From NCBI RefSeq assembly GCF_009914755.1, contig NC_060925.1: 64,000 bases of DNA; one strand, written 5' to 3'. The notes under the pieces were generated by a model. The model did not search any database. It had not been told where the DNA came from and worked only from the letters and a program-made list of their open reading frames with translations. Below, in pieces: positions 39,001 to 53,300 of this stretch. Made by a program: the position numbers and the translations under genes. The stretch's first letter is position 1, and each line of letters opens with the position of its first letter. This stretch comes from the human T2T-CHM13v2.0 reference genome, Homo sapiens.

Positions 39001-42000
39001 CTCAGAAAATCTTTTGTGATGTGTGCGTTCAACTCACAGAGTTTAACTTTTCTTCTCATAGAGCAGTTAGGAAACACTCTGTTTGTAAAGTCTGCAAGTG
39101 GATATTCAGACCTGTTTGAGGCCTTCGTTGGAAACGGGATTTCTTCATATTATGCTAGACAGAATAATTCTCAGTAACTTCCTTGTGTTGTGTGTATTCA
39201 ACTCACAGAGTTGAAGGATCCTTTACAGAGAGCAGGCTTGAAACACTCTTTTTGTCGAATTTGCAAGTGGAGATTTCAGCCGCTTTGAGGTCAATGGTAG
39301 AATAGGAAATATCTTCTTATAGAAACTAGACAAAATGATTCTCATGAACTCCTTTGTGATGTGTGCGTTCAACTCACAGAGTTTAACCTTTCTTTTCATA
39401 GAGCAGTTAGGAAACACTCTGTTTGTAAAGTCTGCAAGTGGATATTCAGACCTCCTTGAGGCCTTCGTTGGAAACGGGATTTCTTCATATTCTGCTAGAC
39501 AGAAGAATTCTCAGTAACTTCCTTGTGTTGTGTGTATTCAACTCACAGAGTTGAACGATCCTTTACACAGAGCAGACTTGAAACATTCTTTTTGTGGAAT
39601 TTGCAAGTGGAGATTTCAGCCGCTTTGAGGTCAATGGTAGAATAGGAAATATCTTCCTATAGAAACTAGACAGAACGATTCTCAGAAACTCCTTTGTGAT
39701 GTGTGCGTTCAACTCACAGAGTTTAACCTTTCTTTTCATAGAGCAGTTAGGAAACACTCTGTTTGTAAAGTCTGCAAGTGGATATTCAGACCTGTTTGAG
39801 GCCTTCGTTGGAAACGGGATTTCTTCATATTATGCTAGACAGAATAATTCTCAGTAACTTCCTTGTGTTGTGTGTATTCAACTCACAGAGTTGAACGATC
39901 CTTTACAGAGAGCAGGCTTGAAACACTCTTTTTGTCGAATTTGCAAGTGGAGATTTCAGCCGCTTTGAGGTCAATGGTAGAATAGGAAATATCTTCTTAT
40001 AGAAACTAGACAAAATGATTCTCATGAACTCCTTTGTGATGTGTGCGTTCAACTCACAGAGTTTAACCTTTCTTTTCATAGAGCAGTTAGGAAACACTCT
40101 GTTTGTAAAGTCTGCAAGTGGATATTCAGACCTCCTTGAGGCCTTCGTTGGAAACGGGATTTCTTCATATTCTGCTAGACAGAAGAATTCTCAGTAACTT
40201 CCTTGTGTTGTGTGTATTCAACTCACAGAGTTGAACGATCCTTTACACAGAGCAGACTTGAAACACTCTTTTTGTGGAATTTGCAAGTGGAGATTTCAGC
40301 CGCTTTGAGGTCAATGGTAGAAAAGGAAACTATCTTCATATAAAGACTAGACAGAATGATTCTCAGAAAATCTTTTGTGATGTGTGCGTTCAACTCACAG
40401 AGTTTAACTTTTCTTCTCATAGAGCAGTTAGGAAACACTCTGTTTGTAAAGTCTGCAAGTGGATATTCAGACCTGTTTGAGGCCTTCGTTGGAAACGGGA
40501 TTTCTTCATATTATGCTAGACAGAATAATTCTCAGTAACTTCCTTGTGTTGTGTGTATTCAACTCACAGAGTTGAAGGATCCTTTACAGAGAGCAGGCTT
40601 GAAACACTCTTTTTGTCGAATTTGCAAGTGGAGATTTCAGCCGCTTTGAGGTCAATGGTAGAATAGGAAATATCTTCTTATAGAAACTAGACAAAATGAT
40701 TCTCATGAACTCCTTTGTGATGTGTGCGTTCAACTCACAGAGTTTAACCTTTCTTTTCATAGAGCAGTTAGGAAACACTCTGTTTGTAAAGTCTGCAAGT
40801 GGATATTCAGACCTCCTTGAGGCCTTCGTTGGAAACGGGATTTCTTCATATTCTGCTAGACAGAAGAATTCTCAGTAACTTCCTTGTGTTGTGTGTATTC
40901 AACTCACAGAGTTGAACGATCCTTTACACAGAGCAGACTTGAAACATTCTTTTTGTGGAATTTGCAAGTGGAGATTTCAGCCGCTTTGAGGTCAATGGTA
41001 GAATAGGAAATATCTTCCTATAGAAACTAGACAGAACGATTCTCAGAAACTCCTTTGTGATGTGTGCGTTCAACTCACAGAGTTTAACCTTTCTTTTCAT
41101 AGAGCAGTTAGGAAACACTCTGTTTGTAAAGTCTGCAAGTGGATATTCAGACATCTTTGAGGCCTTCGTTGGAAACGGGATTTCTTCATATTCTGCTAGA
41201 CAGAAGAATTCTCAGTAACTTCCTTGTGTTGTGTGTATTCAACTCACAGAGTTGAAGGATCCTTTACAGAGAGCAGGCTTGAAACACTCTTTTTGTCGAA
41301 TTTGCAAGTGGAGATTTCAGCCGCTTTGAGGTCAATGGTAGAATAGGAAATATCTTCTTATAGAAACTAGACAGAATGATTCTCATAAACTCCTTTGTGA
41401 TGTGTGCGTTCAACTCACAGAGTTTAACCTTTCTTTTCATAGAGCAGTTAGGAAACACTCTGTTTGTAAAGTCTGCAAGTGGATATTCAGACCTCCTTGA
41501 GGCCTTCGTTGGAAACGGGATTTCTTCATATTCTGCTAGACAGAAGAATTCTCAGTAACTTCCTTGTGTTGTGTTTATTCAACTCACAGAGTTGAATGAT
41601 CCTTTACACAGAGCAGACTTGAAACACTCTTTTTGTGGAATTTGCAAGTGGAGATTTCAGCCGCTTTGAGGTCAACGGTAGAAAAGTAAATATCTTCGTA
41701 TAAAGACTAGACAGAATGATTCTCAGAAACTCCTTTGTGATGTGTGCGTTCAACTCACAGAGTTTAACCTTACTGTTCATAGAGCAGTTAGGAAACACTC
41801 TGTTTGTAAAGTCTGCACGTGGAAATTTTGACCACTTAGAGGCCTTCGTTGGAAACGGGTTTTTTTCATGTAAGGCTAGACAGAAGAATTCCCAGTAACT
41901 TCCTTGTGTTGTGTGCATTCAACTCACAGAGTTGAACGTTCCCTTAGACAGAGCAGATTTGAAACACTCTATTTGTGCAATTTGCAAGTGTAGTTTTCAA

Positions 42001-43203
42001 GCTCTTTAAGGTCAATGGCAGAAAAGGAAATATCTTCGTTTCAAAACTAGACAGAATCATTCCCACAAACTGCGTTGTGATGTGTTCGTTCAACTCACAG
42101 AGTTTAACCTTTCTGTTCATAGAGCAGTTAGGAAACACTCTGTTTGTAAAGTCTGTAAGTGGATATTCTGACATCTTGTGGCCTTCGTTGGAAACGGGAT
42201 TTCTTCATATTCTGCTACACAGAAGAATTCTCAGTAACTTCCTTGTGTTGTGTGTATTCAACTCACAGAGTTGAACGATCCTTTACACAGAGCAGACTTG
42301 AAACACTCTTTTTGTGGAATTTGCAAGTGGAGATTTCAGCCGCTTTGAGGTCAATGGTAGAAAAGGAAACTATCTTCATATAAAGACTAGACAGAATGAT
42401 TCTCAGAAAATCTTTTGTGATGTGTGCGTTCAACTCACAGAGTTTAACTTTTCTTCTCATAGAGCAGTTAGGAAACACTCTGTTTGTAAAGTCTGCAAGT
42501 GGATATTCAGACATCTTTGAGGCCTTCGTTGGAAACGGGATTTCTTCATATTCTGCTAGACAGAAGAATTCTCAGTAACTTCCTTGTGTTGTGTGTATTC
42601 AACTCACAGAGTTGAAGGATCCTTTACAGAGAGCAGGCTTGAAACACTCTTTTTGTCGAATTTGCAAGTGGAGATTTCAGCCGCTTTGAGGTCAATGGTA
42701 GAATAGGAAATATCTTCTTATAGAAACTAGACAGAATGATTCTCATAAACTCCTTTGTGATGTGTGCGTTCAACTCACAGAGTTTAACCTTTCTTTTCAT
42801 AGAGCAGTTAGGAAACACTCTGTTTGTAAAGTCTGCAAGTGGATATTCAGACCTCCTTGAGGCCTTCGTTGGAAACGGGATTTCTTCATATTCTGCTAGA
42901 CAGAAGAATTCTCAGTAACTTCCTTGTGTTGTGTTTATTCAACTCACAGAGTTGAATGATCCTTTACACAGAGCAGACTTGAAACACTCTTTTTGTGGAA
43001 TTTGCAAGTGGAGATTTCAGCCGCTTTGAGGTCAACGGTAGAAAAGTAAATATCTTCGTATAAAGACTAGACAGAATGATTCTCAGAAACTCCTTTGTGA
43101 TGTGTGCGTTCAACTCACAGAGTTTAACCTTTCTGTTCATAGAGCAGTTAGGAAACACTCTGTTTGTAAAGTCTGCAAGTGGATATTCAGACCTCTTTGA
43201 GGC
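36061..43203 (+). repeat. Super-unit Y, copy 2 (7143 bp)
   Basis: The ORF series equals that of 7156.. shifted by 28905 (10658->39563, 13358->42263). The final C has CCTTTCTG rather than CCTTACTG. Confidence 0.9.
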
Positions 43204-46200
43204 CTTCGTTGGAAACGGGATTTCTTCATATTCTGCTAGACAGAAGAATTCTCAGTAACTTCCTTGTGTTGTGTGTATTCAACTCACAGAGTTGAACGAT
43301 CCTTTACACAGAGCAGACTTGAAACACTCTTTTTGTGGAATTTGCAAGTGGAGATTTCAGCCGCTTTGAGGTCAATGGTAGAAAAGGAAACTATCTTCAT
43401 ATAAAGACTAGACAGAATGATTCTCAGAAAATCTTTTGTGATGTGTGCGTTCAACTCACAGAGTTTAACTTTTCTTCTCATAGAGCAGTTAGGAAACACT
43501 CTGTTTGTAAAGTCTGCAAGTGGATATTCAGACATCTTTGAGGCCTTCGTTGGAAACGGGATTTCTTCATATTCTGCTAGACAGAAGAATTCTCAGTAAC
43601 TTCCTTGTGTTGTGTGTATTCAACTCACAGAGTTGAAGGATCCTTTACAGAGAGCAGGCTTGAAACACTCTTTTTGTCGAATTTGCAAGTGGAGATTTCA
43701 GCCGCTTTGAGGTCAATGGTAGAATAGGAAATATCTTCTTATAGAAACTAGACAGAATGATTCTCATAAACTCCTTTGTGATGTGTGCGTTCAACTCACA
43801 GAGTTTAACCTTTCTTTTCATAGAGCAGTTAGGAAACACTCTGTTTGTAAAGTCTGCAAGTGGATATTCAGACCTCCTTGAGGCCTTCGTTGGAAACGGG
43901 ATTTCTTCATATTCTGCTAGACAGAAGAATTCTCAGTAACTTCCTTGTGTTGTGTTTATTCAACTCACAGAGTTGAATGATCCTTTACACAGAGCAGACT
44001 TGAAACACTCTTTTTGTGGAATTTGCAAGTGGAGATTTCAGCCGCTTTGAGGTCAACGGTAGAAAAGTAAATATCTTCGTATAAAGACTAGACAGAATGA
44101 TTCTCAGAAACTCCTTTGTGATGTGTGCGTTCAACTCACAGAGTTTAACCTTTCTGTTCATAGAGCAGTTAGGAAACACTCTGTTTGTAAAGTCTGCAAG
44201 TGGATATTCAGACCTCTTTGAGGCCTTCGTTGGAAACGGGATTTCTTCATATTCTGCTAGACAGAAGAATTCTCAGTAACTTCCTTGTGTTGTGTGTATT
44301 CAACTCACAGAGTTGAACGATCCTTTACACAGAGCAGACTTGAAACACTCTTTTTGTGGAATTTGCAAGAGGAGATTTCAGCCGCTTTGAGGTCAATAGT
44401 AGAAAAGGAAATGTCTTCGTAGAAAAACTAGACAGAATGATTCTCAGAAACTCCTTTGTGATGTGTGTGTTCAACTCACAGAGTTTAACCTTTCTTTTCA
44501 TAGAGCAGTTAGTAAACACTCTGTTTATAAAGTCTGCAAGTGGATATTCAGACCCCTTTGAGGCCTTCGTTGGAAACGGGATTTCTTCATATTATGCTAG
44601 ACAGAAGAATTCTCAGTAACTTCCTTGTGTTGTGTGTATTCAACTGACAGAGTTGAACTTTCATTTGGAGAGAGCAGATTTGAAACACTGTTTTTGTGGA
44701 ATTTGCAAGTGGAGATTTCAAGCGCTTTGGGGCCAAAGGCAGAAAAGGAAATATCTTCGTATAAAAACTAGACAGAATCATTCTCAGAAACTGCTGCGTG
44801 ATGTGTGCGTTCAACTCTCAGAGTTTAACCTTTCTTTTCATTCAGCGGTTTGGAAACACTCTGTTTGTAAAGTCTGCACGTGGATATTTTGACCACTTAG
44901 AGGCCTTCGTTGGAAACGGGTTTTTTTCATGTAAGGCTAGACAGAAGAATTCCCAGTAACTTCCTTGTGTTGTGTGCATTCAACTCACAGAGTTGAACGT
45001 TCCCTTAGACAGAGCAGATTTGAAACACTCTATTTGTGCAATTTGCAAGTGTAGATTTCAAGCGCTTTAAGGTCAACGGCAGAAAAGGAAATATCTTCGT
45101 TTCAAAACTAGACAGAATCATTCCCACAAACTGCGTTGTGATGTGTTCGTTCAACTCACAGAGTTTAACCTTTCTGTTCATAGAGCAGTTAGGAAACACT
45201 CTGTTTGTAAAGTCTGTAAGTGGATATTCTGATATCTTGTGGCCTTCGTTGGAAACGGGATTTCTTCATATTCTGCTAGACAGAAGAATTCTCAGTAACT
45301 TCCTTGTGTTGTGTGTATTCAACTCACAGAGTTGAACGATCCTTTACACAGAGCAGACTTGAAACACTCTTTTTGTGGAATTTGCAAGTGGAGATTTCAG
45401 CCGCTTTGAGGTCAATGGTAGAAAAGGAAACTATCTTCATATAAAGACTAGACAGAATGATTCTCAGAAAATCTTTTGTGATGTGTGCGTTCAACTCACA
45501 GAGTTTAACTTTTCTTCTCATAGAGCAGTTAGGAAACACTCTGTTTGTAAAGTCTGCAAGTGGATATTCAGACCTGTTTGAGGCCTTCGTTGGAAACGGG
45601 ATTTCTTCATATTATGCTAGACAGAATAATTCTCAGTAACTTCCTTGTGTTGTGTGTATTCAACTCACAGAGTTGAAGGATCCTTTACAGAGAGCAGGCT
45701 TGAAACACTCTTTTTGTCGAATTTGCAAGTGGAGATTTCAGCCGCTTTGAGGTCAATGGTAGAATAGGAAATATCTTCTTATAGAAACTAGACAAAATGA
45801 TTCTCATGAACTCCTTTGTGATGTGTGCGTTCAACTCACAGAGTTTAACCTTTCTTTTCATAGAGCAGTTAGGAAACACTCTGTTTGTAAAGTCTGCAAG
45901 TGGATATTCAGACCTCCTTGAGGCCTTCGTTGGAAACGGGATTTCTTCATATTCTGCTAGACAGAAGAATTCTCAGTAACTTCCTTGTGTTGTGTGTATT
46001 CAACTCACAGAGTTGAACGATCCTTTACACAGAGCAGACTTGAAACACTCTTTTTGTGGAATTTGCAAGTGGAGATTTCAGCCGCTTTGAGGTCAATGGT
46101 AGAAAAGGAAACTATCTTCATATAAAGACTAGACAGAATGATTCTCAGAAAATCTTTTGTGATGTGTGCGTTCAACTCACAGAGTTTAACTTTTCTTCTC

Positions 46201-49200
46201 ATAGAGCAGTTAGGAAACACTCTGTTTGTAAAGTCTGCAAGTGGATATTCAGACCTGTTTGAGGCCTTCGTTGGAAACGGGATTTCTTCATATTATGCTA
46301 GACAGAATAATTCTCAGTAACTTCCTTGTGTTGTGTGTATTCAACTCACAGAGTTGAAGGATCCTTTACAGAGAGCAGGCTTGAAACACTCTTTTTGTCG
46401 AATTTGCAAGTGGAGATTTCAGCCGCTTTGAGGTCAATGGTAGAATAGGAAATATCTTCTTATAGAAACTAGACAAAATGATTCTCATGAACTCCTTTGT
46501 GATGTGTGCGTTCAACTCACAGAGTTTAACCTTTCTTTTCATAGAGCAGTTAGGAAACACTCTGTTTGTAAAGTCTGCAAGTGGATATTCAGACCTCCTT
46601 GAGGCCTTCGTTGGAAACGGGATTTCTTCATATTCTGCTAGACAGAAGAATTCTCAGTAACTTCCTTGTGTTGTGTGTATTCAACTCACAGAGTTGAACG
46701 ATCCTTTACACAGAGCAGACTTGAAACATTCTTTTTGTGGAATTTGCAAGTGGAGATTTCAGCCGCTTTGAGGTCAATGGTAGAATAGGAAATATCTTCC
46801 TATAGAAACTAGACAGAACGATTCTCAGAAACTCCTTTGTGATGTGTGCGTTCAACTCACAGAGTTTAACCTTTCTTTTCATAGAGCAGTTAGGAAACAC
46901 TCTGTTTGTAAAGTCTGCAAGTGGATATTCAGACCTGTTTGAGGCCTTCGTTGGAAACGGGATTTCTTCATATTATGCTAGACAGAATAATTCTCAGTAA
47001 CTTCCTTGTGTTGTGTGTATTCAACTCACAGAGTTGAACGATCCTTTACAGAGAGCAGGCTTGAAACACTCTTTTTGTCGAATTTGCAAGTGGAGATTTC
47101 AGCCGCTTTGAGGTCAATGGTAGAATAGGAAATATCTTCTTATAGAAACTAGACAAAATGATTCTCATGAACTCCTTTGTGATGTGTGCGTTCAACTCAC
47201 AGAGTTTAACCTTTCTTTTCATAGAGCAGTTAGGAAACACTCTGTTTGTAAAGTCTGCAAGTGGATATTCAGACCTCCTTGAGGCCTTCGTTGGAAACGG
47301 GATTTCTTCATATTCTGCTAGACAGAAGAATTCTCAGTAACTTCCTTGTGTTGTGTGTATTCAACTCACAGAGTTGAACGATCCTTTACACAGAGCAGAC
47401 TTGAAACACTCTTTTTGTGGAATTTGCAAGTGGAGATTTCAGCCGCTTTGAGGTCAATGGTAGAAAAGGAAACTATCTTCATATAAAGACTAGACAGAAT
47501 GATTCTCAGAAAATCTTTTGTGATGTGTGCGTTCAACTCACAGAGTTTAACTTTTCTTCTCATAGAGCAGTTAGGAAACACTCTGTTTGTAAAGTCTGCA
47601 AGTGGATATTCAGACCTGTTTGAGGCCTTCGTTGGAAACGGGATTTCTTCATATTATGCTAGACAGAATAATTCTCAGTAACTTCCTTGTGTTGTGTGTA
47701 TTCAACTCACAGAGTTGAAGGATCCTTTACAGAGAGCAGGCTTGAAACACTCTTTTTGTCGAATTTGCAAGTGGAGATTTCAGCCGCTTTGAGGTCAATG
47801 GTAGAATAGGAAATATCTTCTTATAGAAACTAGACAAAATGATTCTCATGAACTCCTTTGTGATGTGTGCGTTCAACTCACAGAGTTTAACCTTTCTTTT
47901 CATAGAGCAGTTAGGAAACACTCTGTTTGTAAAGTCTGCAAGTGGATATTCAGACCTCCTTGAGGCCTTCGTTGGAAACGGGATTTCTTCATATTCTGCT
48001 AGACAGAAGAATTCTCAGTAACTTCCTTGTGTTGTGTGTATTCAACTCACAGAGTTGAACGATCCTTTACACAGAGCAGACTTGAAACATTCTTTTTGTG
48101 GAATTTGCAAGTGGAGATTTCAGCCGCTTTGAGGTCAATGGTAGAATAGGAAATATCTTCCTATAGAAACTAGACAGAACGATTCTCAGAAACTCCTTTG
48201 TGATGTGTGCGTTCAACTCACAGAGTTTAACCTTTCTTTTCATAGAGCAGTTAGGAAACACTCTGTTTGTAAAGTCTGCAAGTGGATATTCAGACATCTT
48301 TGAGGCCTTCGTTGGAAACGGGATTTCTTCATATTCTGCTAGACAGAAGAATTCTCAGTAACTTCCTTGTGTTGTGTGTATTCAACTCACAGAGTTGAAG
48401 GATCCTTTACAGAGAGCAGGCTTGAAACACTCTTTTTGTCGAATTTGCAAGTGGAGATTTCAGCCGCTTTGAGGTCAATGGTAGAATAGGAAATATCTTC
48501 TTATAGAAACTAGACAGAATGATTCTCATAAACTCCTTTGTGATGTGTGCGTTCAACTCACAGAGTTTAACCTTTCTTTTCATAGAGCAGTTAGGAAACA
48601 CTCTGTTTGTAAAGTCTGCAAGTGGATATTCAGACCTCCTTGAGGCCTTCGTTGGAAACGGGATTTCTTCATATTCTGCTAGACAGAAGAATTCTCAGTA
48701 ACTTCCTTGTGTTGTGTTTATTCAACTCACAGAGTTGAATGATCCTTTACACAGAGCAGACTTGAAACACTCTTTTTGTGGAATTTGCAAGTGGAGATTT
48801 CAGCCGCTTTGAGGTCAACGGTAGAAAAGTAAATATCTTCGTATAAAGACTAGACAGAATGATTCTCAGAAACTCCTTTGTGATGTGTGCGTTCAACTCA
48901 CAGAGTTTAACCTTACTGTTCATAGAGCAGTTAGGAAACACTCTGTTTGTAAAGTCTGCACGTGGAAATTTTGACCACTTAGAGGCCTTCGTTGGAAACG
49001 GGTTTTTTTCATGTAAGGCTAGACAGAAGAATTCCCAGTAACTTCCTTGTGTTGTGTGCATTCAACTCACAGAGTTGAACGTTCCCTTAGACAGAGCAGA
49101 TTTGAAACACTCTATTTGTGCAATTTGCAAGTGTAGTTTTCAAGCTCTTTAAGGTCAATGGCAGAAAAGGAAATATCTTCGTTTCAAAACTAGACAGAAT

Positions 49201-50346
49201 CATTCCCACAAACTGCGTTGTGATGTGTTCGTTCAACTCACAGAGTTTAACCTTTCTGTTCATAGAGCAGTTAGGAAACACTCTGTTTGTAAAGTCTGTA
49301 AGTGGATATTCTGACATCTTGTGGCCTTCGTTGGAAACGGGATTTCTTCATATTCTGCTACACAGAAGAATTCTCAGTAACTTCCTTGTGTTGTGTGTAT
49401 TCAACTCACAGAGTTGAACGATCCTTTACACAGAGCAGACTTGAAACACTCTTTTTGTGGAATTTGCAAGTGGAGATTTCAGCCGCTTTGAGGTCAATGG
49501 TAGAAAAGGAAACTATCTTCATATAAAGACTAGACAGAATGATTCTCAGAAAATCTTTTGTGATGTGTGCGTTCAACTCACAGAGTTTAACTTTTCTTCT
49601 CATAGAGCAGTTAGGAAACACTCTGTTTGTAAAGTCTGCAAGTGGATATTCAGACATCTTTGAGGCCTTCGTTGGAAACGGGATTTCTTCATATTCTGCT
49701 AGACAGAAGAATTCTCAGTAACTTCCTTGTGTTGTGTGTATTCAACTCACAGAGTTGAAGGATCCTTTACAGAGAGCAGGCTTGAAACACTCTTTTTGTC
49801 GAATTTGCAAGTGGAGATTTCAGCCGCTTTGAGGTCAATGGTAGAATAGGAAATATCTTCTTATAGAAACTAGACAGAATGATTCTCATAAACTCCTTTG
49901 TGATGTGTGCGTTCAACTCACAGAGTTTAACCTTTCTTTTCATAGAGCAGTTAGGAAACACTCTGTTTGTAAAGTCTGCAAGTGGATATTCAGACCTCCT
50001 TGAGGCCTTCGTTGGAAACGGGATTTCTTCATATTCTGCTAGACAGAAGAATTCTCAGTAACTTCCTTGTGTTGTGTTTATTCAACTCACAGAGTTGAAT
50101 GATCCTTTACACAGAGCAGACTTGAAACACTCTTTTTGTGGAATTTGCAAGTGGAGATTTCAGCCGCTTTGAGGTCAACGGTAGAAAAGTAAATATCTTC
50201 GTATAAAGACTAGACAGAATGATTCTCAGAAACTCCTTTGTGATGTGTGCGTTCAACTCACAGAGTTTAACCTTACTGTTCATAGAGCAGTTAGGAAACA
50301 CTCTGTTTGTAAAGTCTGCAAGTGGATATTCAGACCTCTTTGAGGC
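43204..50346 (+). repeat. Super-unit Y, copy 3 (7143 bp)
   Basis: The ORF series equals copy 2 shifted by 7143 and copy 1 shifted by 36048, including the CCTTACTG C dimer (14059->50107). Confidence 0.9.
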
Positions 50347-53300
50347 CTTCGTTGGAAACGGGATTTCTTCATATTATGCTAGACAGAAGAATTCTCAGTA
50401 ACTTCCTTGTGTTGTGTGTATTCAACTCACAGAGTTGAACGATCCTTTACACAGAGCAGACTTGAAACATTCTTTTTGTGGAATTTGCAAGTGGAGATTT
50501 CAGCCGCTTTGAGGTCAATGGTAGAATAGGAAATATCTTCCTATAGAAACTAGACAGAACGATTCTCAGAAACTCCTTTGTGATGTGTGCGTTCAACTCA
50601 CAGAGTTTAACCTTTCTGTTCATAGAGCAGTTAGGAAACACTCTATTTGTAAAGTCTGCAAGTGGATATTCAGACCTCTTTGAGGCCTTCGTTGGAAACG
50701 GGATTTCTTCATATTCTGCTAGACAGAAGAATTCTCAGTAACTTCCTTGTGTTGTGTGTATTCAACTCACAGAGTTGAACGATCCTTTACACAGAGCAGA
50801 CTTGAAACACTCTTTTTGTGGAATTTGCAAGTGGAGATTTCAGCCGCTTTGAGGTCAATAGTAGAAAAGGAAATATCTTCGTAGAAAAACTAGACAGAAT
50901 GATTCTCAGAAACTCCTTTGTGATGTGTGTGTTGAACTCACAGAGTTTAACCTTTCTTTTCATAGAGCAGTTAGTAAACACTCTGTTTATAAAGTCTGCA
51001 AGTGGATATTCAGACCCCTTTGAGGCCTTCGTTGGAAACGGGATTTCTTCATATTATGCTAGACAGAAGAATTCTCAGTAACTTCCTTGTGTTGTGTGTA
51101 TTCAACTGACAGAGTTGAACTTTCATTTAGAGAGAGCAGATTTGAAACACTGTTTTTGTGGAATTTGCAAGTGGAGATTTCAAGCGCTTTGGGGCCAAAG
51201 GCAGAAAAGGAAATATCTTCGTATAAAAACTAGACAGAATCATTCTCAGAAACTGCTGCGTGATGTGTGCGTTCAACTCTCAGAGTTTAACTTTTCTTTT
51301 CATTCAGCGGTTTGGAAACACTCTGTTTGTAAAGTCTGCACGTGGATATTTTGACCACTTAGAGGCCTTCGTTGGAAACGGGTTTTCTTCATGTAAGGCT
51401 AGACAGAAGAATTCCCAGTAACTTCCTTGTGTTCTGTGCATTCAACTCACAGAGTTGAACGTTCCCTTAGACAGAGCAGATTTGAAACACTCTATTTGTG
51501 CAATTTGCAAGTGTAGATTTCAAGCGCTTTAAGGTCAACGGCAGAAAAGGAAATATCTTCGTTTCAAAACTAGACAGAATCATTCCCACAAACTGCGTTG
51601 TGATGTGTACGTTCAACTCACAGAGTTTAACCTTTCTGTTCATAGAGCAGTTAGGAAACACTCTGTTTATAAAGTCTGTAAGTGGATATTCTGACATCTT
51701 GTGGCCTTCGTTGGAAACGGGATTTCTTCATATTCTGCTAGACAGAAGAATTCTCAGTAACTTCCTTGTGTTGTGTGTATTCAACTCACAGAGTTGAAGG
51801 ATCCTTTACAGAGAGGAGGCTTGAAACCCTCTTTTTGTCGAATTTGCAAGTGGAGATTTCAGCCGCTTTGAGGTCAATGGTAGAATAGGAAATTTCTTCT
51901 TATAGAAACTAGACAAAATGATTCTCATGAACTCCTTTGTGATGTGTGCGTTCAACTCACAGAGTTTAACCTTTCTTTTCATAGAGCAGTTAGGAAACAC
52001 TCTGTTTGTAAAGTCTGCAAGTGGATATTCAGACCCCTTTGAGGCCTTCGTTGGAAACGGGATTTCTTCATATTCTGCTAGACAGAAGAATTCTCAGTAA
52101 CTTCCTTGTGTTGTGTTTATTCAACTCACAGAGTTGAATGATCCTTTACACAGAGCAGACTTGAAACACTCTTTTTGTGGAATTTGCAAGTGGAGATTTC
52201 AGCCGCTTTCAGGTCAACGGTAGAAAAGTAAATATCTTCGTATAAAGACTAGACAGAATGATTCTCAGAAACTCCTTTGTGATGTGTGCGTTCAACTCAC
52301 AGAGTTTAACCTTTCTGTTCATAGAGCAGTTAGGAAACACTCTGTTTGTAAAGTCTGCAAGTGGATATTCAGACCTCTTTGAGGCCTTCGTTGGAAACGG
52401 GATTTCTTCATATTCTGCTAGACAGAAGAATTCTCAGTAACTTCCTTGTGTTGTGTGTATTCAACTCACAGAGTTGAACGATCCTTTACACAGAGCAGAC
52501 TTGAAACACTCTTTTTGTGGAATTTGCAAGAGGAGATTTCAGCCGCTTTGAGGTCAATAGTAGAAAAGGAAATATCTTCGTAGAAAAACTAGACAGAATG
52601 ATTCTCAGAAACTCCTTTGTGATGTGTGTGTTCAACTCACAGAGTTTAACCTTTCTTTTCATAGAGCAGTTAGTAAACACTCTGTTTATAAAGTCTGCAA
52701 GTGGATATTCAGACCCCTTTGAGGCCTTCGTTGGAAACGGGATTTCTTCATATTATGCTAGACAGAAGAATTCTCAGTAACTTCCTTGTGTTGTGTGTAT
52801 TCAACTGACAGAGTTGAACTTTCATTTGGAGAGAGCAGATTTGAAACACTGTTTTTGTGGAATTTGCAAGTGGAGATTTCAAGCGCTTTGGGGCCAAAGG
52901 CAGAAAAGGAAATATCTTCGTATAAAAACTAGACAGAATCATTCTCAGAAACTGCTGCGTGATGTGTGCGTTCAACTCTCAGAGTTTAACCTTTCTTTTC
53001 ATTCAGCGGTTTGGAAACACTCTGTTTGTAAAGTCTGCACGTGGATATTTTGACCACTTAGAGGCCTTCGTTGGAAACGGGTTTTTTTCATGTAAGGCTA
53101 GACAGAAGAATTCCCAGTAACTTCCTTGTGTTGTGTGCATTCAACTCACAGAGTTGAACGTTCCCTTAGACAGAGCAGATTTGAAACACTCTATTTGTGC
53201 AATTTGCAAGTGTAGATTTCAAGCGCTTTAAGGTCAACGGCAGAAAAGGAAATATCTTCGTTTCAAAACTAGACAGAATCATTCCCACAAACTGCGTTGT

